A stretch of 51,811 nt of DNA from Eubacteriales bacterium (GTDB lineage: Bacteria > Bacillota > Clostridia > Oscillospirales > CAG-382), in assembly GCA_045532495.1 (NCBI GenBank), contig JAZSGA010000040.1, positions 1-51,811 on the forward strand, written 5' to 3'. The position numbers and the translations under genes were made by a program. Positions 17,849-26,686 of the stretch are shown piece by piece. Position 1 is the stretch's first letter; each line of letters begins with the position of its first letter. A model generated the notes under the pieces. It made no database searches. It had not been told where the DNA came from and saw only the letters and a list, made by a program, of their open reading frames with translations.

Positions 17849-19297
17849 TTACAGCTTGCCCTTGCTGAAATAGAACCTGTCATTTTTGGCATATACGGAA
17901 ATAACCATGCCTATGGCAAGGTAAAGCCCCAGCACCGATGAACCGCCATAACTGAGGAAAGGAAGCGTGATACCGATAACCGGCAACATTCCCAGGCACA
18001 TGCCTATGTTTTCAATGGTCTGGTACATTATCATGCCTGCCACACCTGCGCATATAAGGGAGCCCGACATTTTATCCGCCGAAACGGCATTTGTAAATAT
18101 GCGTACCGTAAGCGCAAACAGCAGAAGCAATGCGGTAAGACCGCCTATAAAGCCCCACTCCTCGCAAATGACGGCAAATATCATATCTGTCTGCTTTGCG
18201 GGCAAAAGTTCCGACTGGCTGAGATAGCCCATGCGATAACCAAGTCCCGTTATGCCGCCGGACGCGATGGCTGTTTTGCTTTGTATTGCCTGATATCCTC
18301 GATAAAGCGGATCAAGCTCGGGATTAAAGCCCACAAGTATTCTTTCACGCTGATAATCTTTAAGATTTTCGAAAATAATGGGTGCCGCCGCAAGGCTTGC
18401 CACGCCCACACCTGCAAAATACCACAAGCTCAGCTTTGCGGCAAAAAGCATTGTAACGGTGATGGCAATGTAAACCGTTGCCTGACCAAGATCGCGCTCA
18501 AGCAGCACAAGTCCTATTATAAGTCCGGAATGGAGCATCAGGCCAAACACTGTTTTTATGTGGTTTATGCGGTGCTTTACGGTATCAAGATGCGCCGCAA
18601 AGGTTATTATGTACAAGATCTTGCCAATTTCCGCAGGCTGTATGCCTATGGGGCCTACACGTATCCAGTTGTGGTTGGTATCGCCGCTACCGTCGGGACC
18701 TGTACCGAAAACTGCCGTTATCGCCAGCATTATCACATTCAGCACCAACAAAATGCGGTAATTTTTTGTAAGACCGTCATAATCAAGGTATGAAAGGGCT
18801 GCCATTATGCAAAATCCCACCACCGTCATGGCTATCTGCATCACGTCAAACCTGGATGTGCCTTTGGTAAGGGTGGCACTGTGCACCGCAAGGATTCCGA
18901 TAACCGACAACACCGCCACTATAGCCACGGTTATATAATCGATGTGCGCAAGATGTTCACGCAGTTCGGTAAGTATGCCGCCGAACCTGCCCGTCATTAT
19001 ACCCTTGGGAATAGTGGGATCAACGGGAGCAGGCTTTAAGGTAAGGGATCGCTTTGCTCGGCGTGCATGTCCGTTTTCCGCAGTAAGTATTCCGCCTGCA
19101 CGCTTTAATCTGTCTGCCTCTATAGGTGAATATATGCGGCGGCTGTGGCGCACATGTACTTTTTTTATGGAAGAAGCAGGGCGTGTTCCCGTGCCTTCTT
19201 TTATTGAATATTTAATTTTGTAAACATCGGAAGATGCCTGGTTGCGTGCACGGCGGCTTTCCGTGCTTTTTTTATTTTTCAGTTGCTTTTTATCCAC
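17849..19297 (-). CDS. FtsW/RodA/SpoVE (SEDS) family protein with a basic N-terminal extension
   Basis: 482 aa. The GTG start at 19297 has a GGAGG SD 5 nt upstream. The SEDS core shows the ...PAEIGKI..., TDMIFA and LPFLSYGGSS motifs. Confidence 0.88.
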   Translation of the reverse strand: MDKKQLKNKKSTESRRARNQASSDVYKIKYSIKEGTGTRPASSIKKVHVRHSRRIYSPIEADRLKRAGGILTAENGHARRAKRSLTLKPAPVDPTIPKGIMTGRFGGILTELREHLAHIDYITVAIVAVLSVIGILAVHSATLTKGTSRFDVMQIAMTVVGFCIMAALSYLDYDGLTKNYRILLVLNVIMLAITAVFGTGPDGSGDTNHNWIRVGPIGIQPAEIGKILYIITFAAHLDTVKHRINHIKTVFGLMLHSGLIIGLVLLERDLGQATVYIAITVTMLFAAKLSLWYFAGVGVASLAAAPIIFENLKDYQRERILVGFNPELDPLYRGYQAIQSKTAIASGGITGLGYRMGYLSQSELLPAKQTDMIFAVICEEWGFIGGLTALLLLFALTVRIFTNAVSADKMSGSLICAGVAGMIMYQTIENIGMCLGMLPVIGITLPFLSYGGSSVLGLYLAIGMVISVYAKNDRFYFSKGKL

Positions 19298-19442
19298 TTT
19301 AGCCTCCGTTTTTTATTGCTTCACATTATACAGTATAACACAAAGACTTTACAAAGTAAATATAAAATTCCATTGCTAAACGCGGTATTTTATGATATAA
19401 TTGTAAATATAATAATACCCTTTCCGAAAGGATACGATAAAA

Positions 19443-20108
19443 ATGTACGATGATGAAAAAAAGCCGTCCGTAATATCACGCCTTTTCAAAGCCTGTGCCA
19501 TTTGCATAATGCTTGCCATGCTGTCTGTACTCATGGTGAGGTTTTTTGTAAGCTGTGATTCCGAAATTGTGGACGATATTTTAAAAACTCCGGAAATAGA
19601 GGCGGCATACAGCGCATCTCCCGATACCTTTGAGGTACAGGAGCACGAGATACGCTTCTGGTATGTAAGCAAAAACCCGGCGGACAACGAAGACAGCGAT
19701 ATGGGCGGTAAAATTTTAAGCCTTTCCGACATGTATTACATACCCGCCACAAAAAATCTTCAGATATCCGTAAAATTCAACTGCGAAATATTGCCCGACC
19801 GCACAACTCAGTATTCTGCAGAGCTTTTGCCCTTTGAGCTTTACCTTACCGATGAAGACGGCAATGTTTATTCGGACATTTCCATGGCAATATATGATGA
19901 ACGCTACTCCTACGGCTATATGCGTGTGAATTTTGAAGGCATTGAGCTTTTGAAAAATGACGGATCCGTCGATCAGGACGGCGATCCCGCAAGAAAAAGC
20001 TACAATCTGCATTTAAAACGCCGCAATGCCGACGGAGTTTACGAGGATTATGAAAAATTCATAATCTACGAAGGCAAAAAATACTACAGCCAGGTTACTT
20101 ACAAATAA
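19443..20108 (+). CDS. Hypothetical membrane-anchored protein
   Basis: 221 aa with an AAAGGA SD and one N-terminal TM segment (ACAICIMLAMLSVLMV). I did not recognise a family for the remainder. Confidence 0.6.
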   Translation: MYDDEKKPSVISRLFKACAICIMLAMLSVLMVRFFVSCDSEIVDDILKTPEIEAAYSASPDTFEVQEHEIRFWYVSKNPADNEDSDMGGKILSLSDMYYIPATKNLQISVKFNCEILPDRTTQYSAELLPFELYLTDEDGNVYSDISMAIYDERYSYGYMRVNFEGIELLKNDGSVDQDGDPARKSYNLHLKRRNADGVYEDYEKFIIYEGKKYYSQVTYK

Positions 20109-20112
20109 AACC

Positions 20113-20149
20113 AAAGCCTGAAACGATATCAATCGTTTCAGGCTTTTTT
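20113..20149. terminator. Bidirectional terminator
   Basis: 15-bp stem AAAGCCTGAAACGAT/ATCGTTTCAGGCTTT (20113-20127 and 20132-20146) followed by a T-run. Confidence 0.8.
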
Positions 20150-20164
20150 ATGCTGTAATAGCGG

Positions 20165-21691
20165 TTATGCAATGCAAATAAGCTCAATTGGAACATAAAC
20201 CTTAAGCGGACGGTCATGGGCGGCAACCTCAAGAACCACCGTGGTTCTGGGTTCACGCAGATCACCTACGGTAAGCTCAAGTTCTGTTTCCGCATGACCT
20301 GTGCCGCAGTGATAGGTGTTGAGGAACATGGAGGAGCGGCTGCCGGATGAAACGCTCCATCCCTCGCCATCGGGCATAAGCCATCTGAACTGCAACCAAA
20401 GCTGATTTCCCATGAATGTACTTGTGTTTTCTGCCTTTATTTTAACTTTTACAACATCGCCCGAATGTACTGTTGCTCCGTCGGGCAAGGTAACGCACAC
20501 GTTAAAAAGCGGATGCTCGGCGGTATAGGAGGTAAAGCTTTCGGGATATTCATCACAGAAACAATAGGGCTTTATCATCCATTCTCTGCGAGGTTTATCG
20601 TAAAGTTCCTTACCGTCGCAAACAGAAATTTCACCAGTCATATAATTAAAATACTGCGTTACAAAAGCAGGCATAAGGGCGCATGTTCTGTCGGTAAGCT
20701 CGGTTACGGTTTCGGGCACCTTAAGCATGGAGTTTTTGAGATTAAGCGATACGGTTTTTATCTCATCGCCGATGGGATCAAGCCACTTTTGCGGCAGTTT
20801 CTTTTCGCCGAATATTATACCAAGTATTGAGCCAAGGGTTGCTGTGGTGCAATCGCCGTCCTCGGCACAGCCCGCGGCAATGCATATGCTCTTGCCAAAA
20901 TCACCCTCACCGTAAAGCCAGCCGATAATTACAAGGCCTATGTTTGACGGCGCATCGTAACCCCAGGGGCCAAGAGGCAATTTGTCGGGGTTGGGGGCAT
21001 CAGGCCGCTGTGCTCCAAATGAACCGGGAATCTCTGTAAGCAGCTTTATGCGTGCCTCCTTCCAGGTAAGGCCGGATTTGTATGCTTCAATGGCAATTTT
21101 AACGGCTTTTGCCACACCGCAATCCTGCGGCAGATACGAAAGACCGATATTTACAAGTTCATAAAGACCCGATTCCACAAAAGCCGCACTTTCAAGAGCC
21201 GCTGTAAACACCTCGGCATAAACGCCTTCGTCCGCATGGTCAACACAGGCATCCTCATACGCATATTTTACGGCAAGCTCGGGGTGACCGGGGCAAAGAC
21301 ATGCCCACAGCTCACTGCGGATCCATGCTCCGTTGGAATCCTTAAAAGCGTTGGTATAGCCGCCCGAAAGAGGAGGCAGAAGTCCCATGCGTAGGTTTGC
21401 TTTGCTCACTCCGTATTCTGCCCAGTTGGGGCCTATGCAGGATATCCAGTATTCGGAAAGGATCTTGGAATTTACACTGCTTCCGAACTTTTCTGCGGCA
21501 CAAAGCCATGCCAGCTGAAGATCCAGATCATCGTTGGGCAAAACGCCCGTTTCAAGCTCATGGGTATAAAATTCCACGTCGATGGCTTCACGGTAGGCTT
21601 CGAAGGGCGCACCCAATGTGCCGCCTATGTTTTTTCCAAACCAGCAACCACGTACTTTATCAAAATATTGCTCTTTTGTAAGTGTTTTCAT
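20165..21691 (-). CDS. ADP-ribosylglycohydrolase family protein with an extra C-terminal domain
   Basis: The ATG at 21691 (MKTLTKEQYFDKVRGCWFGKNIGGTLGAPFE) has a GGGAG SD; the longer ORF from 21748 has none. ARH-type Asp-rich blocks occur near residues 60-70 and about 300. About 200 additional C-terminal residues follow. Confidence 0.85.
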   Translation of the reverse strand: MKTLTKEQYFDKVRGCWFGKNIGGTLGAPFEAYREAIDVEFYTHELETGVLPNDDLDLQLAWLCAAEKFGSSVNSKILSEYWISCIGPNWAEYGVSKANLRMGLLPPLSGGYTNAFKDSNGAWIRSELWACLCPGHPELAVKYAYEDACVDHADEGVYAEVFTAALESAAFVESGLYELVNIGLSYLPQDCGVAKAVKIAIEAYKSGLTWKEARIKLLTEIPGSFGAQRPDAPNPDKLPLGPWGYDAPSNIGLVIIGWLYGEGDFGKSICIAAGCAEDGDCTTATLGSILGIIFGEKKLPQKWLDPIGDEIKTVSLNLKNSMLKVPETVTELTDRTCALMPAFVTQYFNYMTGEISVCDGKELYDKPRREWMIKPYCFCDEYPESFTSYTAEHPLFNVCVTLPDGATVHSGDVVKVKIKAENTSTFMGNQLWLQFRWLMPDGEGWSVSSGSRSSMFLNTYHCGTGHAETELELTVGDLREPRTTVVLEVAAHDRPLKVYVPIELICIA

Positions 21692-21807
21692 AAAAACATC
21701 TCCCGGTAACAGATTAATATGTTTTGAGTTTACCACATCAAAACCCATATGTCAATATTCCACTCAAGCCACGTCAAAATAAAATACAAAAAGGTAAAAT
21801 AAAAATA

Positions 21808-21841
21808 CAAAAACAGAACCGCTTGGCAGTTCTGTTTTTTG
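21808..21841. terminator. Terminator downstream of the SLH surface-protein gene
   Basis: Stem CAGAAC/GTTCTG, extended by A/T pairs (21811-21819 and 21829-21837). An A-run precedes it and a T-run follows. Confidence 0.6.
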
Positions 21842-21855
21842 TTATATAACACTTA

Positions 21856-24339
21856 TCAATAGCTTTTTTCAACTGTTTTTGCAATAAGCTTTACCGCTTC
21901 GGCGCGGGTTATACGCTGATCGGGGCGGAATGTGTTTGTATCGGCATAGCCTTCGATAATGCCAAAGCCCCATGCAATGGCAAGGTAGCCAACGTATTTT
22001 TCGGGCACATCGGGGTTATCGGAAAACTCGGTTTTATAGATATTTTCAAGGGAGGCAATCTTGCTGTAGCCAAGGGAATCTATGCACATTCTAACCGCCT
22101 CAAGGCGTGTTATTTTATCGGATATTTCAAGCTCGTCAGAATTCTGATAAAAGTTTGCGCCATTGAGCATTTCGGTAAATTCTTCGAGGGTGATATACTC
22201 ATCGGGAAGGAATTTTTCGGAACGTACAAGAATACCCATATCAGCAAGCAGGGTAATATATTCTTGCGCCCAGTGACCGTCAATATCGGTATATCCTTCG
22301 GTATAAGCTTCTTCGTATTCGCTGCCGGAATGTGTTACACGTTTGCCGGATATTGCGCCGATTATTACACCGTTTACATTTGTTTTGTAAACCAGTCTTG
22401 CCACAGACTTTTTATTGTAAAGCTCGTCAAGGCTGTTGTAGAAATAATAGCTGTCGGGAGCTTCCACTCCGAAATACTGTGCGCATATGCGAATAACGGA
22501 ATCTGTGTCCCCGGCAATTACCGCTTCTTTGATTGCCGCTTTGTCCATTTCAGGGGCATATTTATCGATATACTGCTCATAATTTGCGGTATCCTGCTTT
22601 ATGCTTACCACAAGGGCACGGGTTTTTTCTTCGGGGGTTTTTGCCTCGGAAATATCCAGAACATATTCGTCATAACGCTCGTAATATTTATCAAAATCCG
22701 CCTTATCAAGGTAAATTTCAAGCGCCTTTTTTTCGCCTATAACATCTTTGGGCGATTCAAAAACAAGGTTGTTTGTCCAGGAATAGCCAAAGGAATATAT
22801 TTTTCCCGTTACGGCATCCACGCCGCCGTAAATTGTATCGTAGTCAAACTTTACGCCCTCGTTTACACGGGTGTAGTTGTAACGATATGCTCCGTACTGG
22901 GGAATACTTTCGCTGTTGCCCGCTTCATCCACGGTGGTTTTATAAAAAATGGTGTTGGTTTCGCTTACATCGCTCTGAACTGTGCTTGCAAATTTTTCGG
23001 GGATATTCTGCTTTACAAAGCCTTCGAAAATGTCTTTGGTCTGCTGTTCGGTAAACTTTTTGGAAGGATAATCCTCGCCTGCGTTTTCGTAATATCTGTA
23101 ATTTTTGAGGCTTGAATCAAAGCTCAGAATTTCGCCGGTCTGCGCATCAACACGGGCATTGGCATAAGCGTAGTAATACTGATATTTTCCATCCTCCACA
23201 GGATTCGAAAAGCTTATGTTCCATACATATTTATCGTTTTTCTGCTTGGATGAATATGTGCTGTAATCGTAAAGTCTTGAAAGGTCGGCGCTTATTGCGG
23301 AAAGGGATACGTCCAGATAAAGATTTTTGTTATCCGTGATCTTTTTAATAGCCTGCTCACGGGTTATAAGCTTTTTAAGCACCTCAAGCTGTTCAAGCTC
23401 TTCTTCGGTAAGGCGATAATCGCCGTTTTCGCTTTCTGCGGCATCCTCCTGGATGGAGCCGAAGAATTTATCGTTTGTAACTCCGCCTGCGGTTATTTTT
23501 ATTTCGCTGCGGTTAAAATATATTTCGCCTGTTTTTGCATCAACGGAAATATAGCTTACGGCAGGCTTGTAAACAAGGATAGCCTTGTTGGAAACATTGC
23601 CGTTTTCATCCTCGGTGCGATCAAGAACATAGGAAAGCTCCATTTTTTGTTCGGTGCCGAGTATTTCCGCCGCCTTTTCGGGAGTTATGGTTCCTTCGGC
23701 AGAAACCACGTCTATGCCATAATCGTAGGTTACGGAAGCGGATGTTATTTCACCCGTAACATTGCTTACGGAAACAGATGCTGTGTTATCGGGGTAATCT
23801 ATGCCGTTTTCCATGCGTTTGAAATTATATGTGTAAGTGCCGGAATATCTGCCGGAAGCATCGTTTGCGCTTACATAAAACAGGTTTGCATCGGGTGCTA
23901 TCTTTTTGATAAAAGCCTTTGCGGTATCCATAAGCTCCGCTTTGGTATATTTTGGATATGCGTTGCGGGTTTTGGGATCGTAATTGTTGTAGTTTGTTAT
24001 TTTTCCCGTTTTATCGCAGGTAACGGAAACATCTCTGTATACCTTTTCGCCGGGCTTGGTGGACCATATAAATGTCCAGTAAGGATCACGGTGCTGATTT
24101 CCGCCGTAATAATCCCACATAAACTCGGAAAGCTCAGCCGGCACATCAATAAGAGGTTTTACCTTTTTTATAACAGCTTCCATTTCGGCGGTGGTGGGCT
24201 GCTCGTTATCGGTTTTGCCGTAATCGGGTGCCACGGGCTCCTCGTATGCAATTTCCGCAGTTTCGTAAACTGCGCCCACGGGCACGCTGATGGCAAGTGC
24301 AAGAAGTGCACACAGTATGGATTTTAACTTGTTTTTCAT
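21856..24339 (-). CDS. Cell-surface protein: signal peptide, PepSY/YcdB-like repeats, C-terminal SLH domains
   Basis: The ATG at 24339 has a GGAGGT SD. The signal peptide is MKNKLKSILCALLALAISVPVGA. There are at least four repeats ending in ...TGEI(Y/T/L)S-type motifs. C-terminal SLH-like segments include DIDGHWAQEYITLLADMGIL, ...TRLEAVRM... and ...FRPDQRITRAEAVKLI. Confidence 0.85.
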   Translation of the reverse strand: MKNKLKSILCALLALAISVPVGAVYETAEIAYEEPVAPDYGKTDNEQPTTAEMEAVIKKVKPLIDVPAELSEFMWDYYGGNQHRDPYWTFIWSTKPGEKVYRDVSVTCDKTGKITNYNNYDPKTRNAYPKYTKAELMDTAKAFIKKIAPDANLFYVSANDASGRYSGTYTYNFKRMENGIDYPDNTASVSVSNVTGEITSASVTYDYGIDVVSAEGTITPEKAAEILGTEQKMELSYVLDRTEDENGNVSNKAILVYKPAVSYISVDAKTGEIYFNRSEIKITAGGVTNDKFFGSIQEDAAESENGDYRLTEEELEQLEVLKKLITREQAIKKITDNKNLYLDVSLSAISADLSRLYDYSTYSSKQKNDKYVWNISFSNPVEDGKYQYYYAYANARVDAQTGEILSFDSSLKNYRYYENAGEDYPSKKFTEQQTKDIFEGFVKQNIPEKFASTVQSDVSETNTIFYKTTVDEAGNSESIPQYGAYRYNYTRVNEGVKFDYDTIYGGVDAVTGKIYSFGYSWTNNLVFESPKDVIGEKKALEIYLDKADFDKYYERYDEYVLDISEAKTPEEKTRALVVSIKQDTANYEQYIDKYAPEMDKAAIKEAVIAGDTDSVIRICAQYFGVEAPDSYYFYNSLDELYNKKSVARLVYKTNVNGVIIGAISGKRVTHSGSEYEEAYTEGYTDIDGHWAQEYITLLADMGILVRSEKFLPDEYITLEEFTEMLNGANFYQNSDELEISDKITRLEAVRMCIDSLGYSKIASLENIYKTEFSDNPDVPEKYVGYLAIAWGFGIIEGYADTNTFRPDQRITRAEAVKLIAKTVEKSY

Positions 24340-24436
24340 GGTATTACCTCCATTTAAGTTGGTTTTGCTTGTTTGACGAATAAGCTTTACAAAAGTTCCG
24401 CATATTTGTATATTTTTACAATTTTCAAAAAAACTA

Positions 24437-24465
24437 TTGCAAGAGTGCAAAAAAAGGGGTATAAT
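24437..24465 (+). promoter_or_regulatory. Sigma-A promoter of the FolT-like gene
   Basis: TTGCAA (24437-24442), 17-nt spacer, TATAAT (24460-24465). Confidence 0.55.
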
Positions 24466-24468
24466 ATC

Positions 24469-24570
24469 GGTGACAGAGTAGGATTCCGTGCGTAAAGTGC
24501 CGATTGAACGGGGAGTTGTCTTTCGGACGAAAAGTTTTCTTGCGGTACGGTTTCCGCATCCCGCTGCCGC
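24469..24570 (+). promoter_or_regulatory. THF (folT-motif) riboswitch-like aptamer
   Basis: Contains CAGAGUAG...CGUGCGUAAAGUG...ACGGGGAG...CCGCAUCCCGCUG. These match by eye the conserved AGAGUAG, GCGUNAAGUG, GGGA loop and CAUCCGCU elements of the THF-I riboswitch. P1 pairs CAGAG with CGCUG, with the same A-G mismatch as the E. siraeum reference. The aptamer precedes a folate-type ECF S component. Confidence 0.6.
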
Positions 24571-24603
24571 ATTTTTATAAAGTTCTGTTAGGCTCTTTTG
24601 AAA

Positions 24604-24630
24604 TGCGACATTTTCTGTCGCAATTTATTT
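24604..24630 (+). terminator. Weak terminator-like hairpin (candidate expression platform)
   Basis: 7-bp stem TGCGACA/TGTCGCA (24604-24610 and 24616-24622), followed by ATTTATTT, just before the SD at 24635. Confidence 0.4.
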
Positions 24631-24647
24631 CAAAGGAGTGTTTTTTT

Positions 24648-25646
24648 ATGTCAAAAACAGAGTCGGCAAAGCAAACCCACAGCCTGCTCATGCGCATGGT
24701 GGTTTCTGCCATGTTTTTAGCCCTTGCCGTGGTGGTCAACGGTTTTACGGAAATTTCAATTCCCCTTTTCGGCCCCGACGGCATGCAAATAAAGCTCGGA
24801 AGCATTTTCACATCCTTCCCCGCATTTCTGTTCGGTCCCATATACGGTGGTATAGTTTGCGGAGTATCGGATATAATCGGCTGTTTTATAAAACCCACAG
24901 GTGCATATGTGCCTTGGTTTACCCTTACCGCTTTTCTTGCAGGCTTTATAAAAGGCTATGTGTTTATGCTGCTTAAACGCCGCAGTGCATCGTGGATAAA
25001 AACTGCCCTTGCAGCAGCGGTTATAATTTCGGCGGCGGCAGGTATATACAGCCTTGTGTGCATCGGAAACGACAACGTTTACGAAGGCACATTCCCCTCC
25101 TCCGAAAACATTCTTTCCGCACAGGAGCTTTTTGATAACGCCGATAACTACTCCGCGCCCACAAAGCTTGCACTTAAATATGCCCGCAGCAATTCGGAAA
25201 AAGCAAAACTCCCCGATGATCCTGCAAAGCATGCAAACTATCAGATAATAAATGTGGGCGGCGAAGATATTATAATCAAAACTTCAAACTTCAATTCAGG
25301 CTTTGCATCAACACTCAACCTTATATGCGCCGTGCTTATAGGTTTTGCGGTGCTTGGACTTTTGCTGTTTGTGTTCCTTACAGTTACGGAAAAGAAATAT
25401 CCCACGGGCGGTTTTGCCGCAAAGATATTTGCTTCGCTCCTTTCGGCGGAGCTTATACAAACAAGCATAAATTCTGCCCTGCTCCTTAATCTTTACACCG
25501 GAACATACGGCAAATTTACCTACGCACTTTTCAATACTCCCCGTGTTATTGAGGGCTTCTTTATATGTATGGTGCTGACATACTTTATATATGTTCTTTA
25601 CCAGGTGTACGATTCAAAAATCAAAAGCAAGCTTAATGTTGAATAA
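24648..25646 (+). CDS. Folate-family ECF transporter S component-like protein, enlarged
   Basis: The ATG at 24648 has a GGAG SD. The N-terminal half (MRMVVSAMFLALAVVVN...FGPIYGGIVCGVSDIIGCF) resembles FolT. The protein is 332 aa, against roughly 170-190 aa as I recall for this family. Confidence 0.75.
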   Translation: MSKTESAKQTHSLLMRMVVSAMFLALAVVVNGFTEISIPLFGPDGMQIKLGSIFTSFPAFLFGPIYGGIVCGVSDIIGCFIKPTGAYVPWFTLTAFLAGFIKGYVFMLLKRRSASWIKTALAAAVIISAAAGIYSLVCIGNDNVYEGTFPSSENILSAQELFDNADNYSAPTKLALKYARSNSEKAKLPDDPAKHANYQIINVGGEDIIIKTSNFNSGFASTLNLICAVLIGFAVLGLLLFVFLTVTEKKYPTGGFAAKIFASLLSAELIQTSINSALLLNLYTGTYGKFTYALFNTPRVIEGFFICMVLTYFIYVLYQVYDSKIKSKLNVE

Positions 25647-25651
25647 TTGTC

Positions 25652-25678
25652 GCCCGATGCAAAAGCATCGGGCTTTTT
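25652..25678 (+). terminator. Terminator of the FolT-like gene
   Basis: 9-bp stem GCCCGATGC/GCATCGGGC with loop AAAA, followed by T5. Confidence 0.8.
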
Positions 25679-25692
25679 ATTGTTCAGTTCCG

Positions 25693-25731
25693 CAAAAACA
25701 CGGAGGCTGCGGCAAAACACCGCAGCCTCCG
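25693..25731 (-). terminator. Terminator of the recA-recX-nfeD-SPFH gene string
   Basis: 12-bp stem CGGAGGCTGCGG/CCGCAGCCTCCG (25701-25712 and 25720-25731). On the minus strand it is followed by a U-rich run (complement of 25694-25700). Confidence 0.7.
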
Positions 25732-25743
25732 CCATGTTTTATT

Positions 25744-26655
25744 TTACTTTTCCACTGCTTCACGCACAACTGCGCTGTATGCAGAAAGGTTTTGAAGGTC
25801 GGACGGAACAATTATCTTTGTTGCATTACCGTCGGCAACCTTTTCAAGTGCCTCAAAGCTCTTCATGGCAAGCACTTCCTTTGAGGGGCTTGCTTCGTTT
25901 ATAAGGCGGATACCTTCTGCAGTTGCCTTCTGCACGGTGAGAATAGCTTCTGCCTCACCCTCTGCGGCACGGATTCTTGCTTCCTTTTCTGCCTCGGCTT
26001 TAAGGATAGCTGCCTGCTTGTTTGCTTCGGCTTCAAGGATCTTGGATTCCTTCTGACCTTCGGCTATAAGCACAGCCGCTTTCTTTTCACCCTCTGCCTG
26101 GAGGATCTTTTCACGGCGCTCACGCTCGGCACGCATCTGCTTTTCCATGGCGTCCTGAATATCTCTGGGAGGTGTGATATTTTTAAGCTCCACACGGTTG
26201 ATCTTTATGCCCCAGGGATCTGTGGCTTCATCAAGAATGGAACGCATTTTTGTATTGATAATATCACGGGAGGTAAGTGTGGCGTCAAGTTCAAGATCAC
26301 CGATGATATTACGCAGAGTGGTGGTTGTAAGATTTTCGATAGCCGCCATGGGGTATTCAACGCCGTAGGTATAAAGCTTGGGATCGGCGATCTGATAGTA
26401 TACAACGGTATCTATCTGCATATGCACGTTATCCTTTGTAATAACGGGCTGAGGCGGAAAATCCGCAACCTGCTCCTTAAGCGACATGTTTTTGGACACC
26501 TTGTCGATAAAGGGGACAAGGAAATGAAGACCTGTTTTCCAGGTATCGTGGTATGCGCCAAGGCGTTCAATTACCACGGCACGTGCCTGGGGCACGATTT
26601 TGATGCAAGAAATGAGAATAAAAAGTACAATTACAAAACCTATAAGAACGGGCAT
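25744..26655 (-). CDS. SPFH/band-7 (stomatin-like) family protein
   Basis: 303 aa with an N-terminal TM, an SPFH core (IVPQARAVVIERLG...) and an Ala/Glu-rich coiled-coil tail. Confidence 0.9.
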   Translation of the reverse strand: MPVLIGFVIVLFILISCIKIVPQARAVVIERLGAYHDTWKTGLHFLVPFIDKVSKNMSLKEQVADFPPQPVITKDNVHMQIDTVVYYQIADPKLYTYGVEYPMAAIENLTTTTLRNIIGDLELDATLTSRDIINTKMRSILDEATDPWGIKINRVELKNITPPRDIQDAMEKQMRAERERREKILQAEGEKKAAVLIAEGQKESKILEAEANKQAAILKAEAEKEARIRAAEGEAEAILTVQKATAEGIRLINEASPSKEVLAMKSFEALEKVADGNATKIIVPSDLQNLSAYSAVVREAVEK

Positions 26656-26686
26656 TTATGCGTTCCTCCTTAGAAAATAAAATTTA

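Noticed and set aside
22264-24327. Plus-strand ORFs of 283 aa and 226 aa inside the SLH surface-protein gene
   Set aside because: They are antisense to a gene with a signal peptide, repeats and SLH domains. They have no SD and are low complexity.
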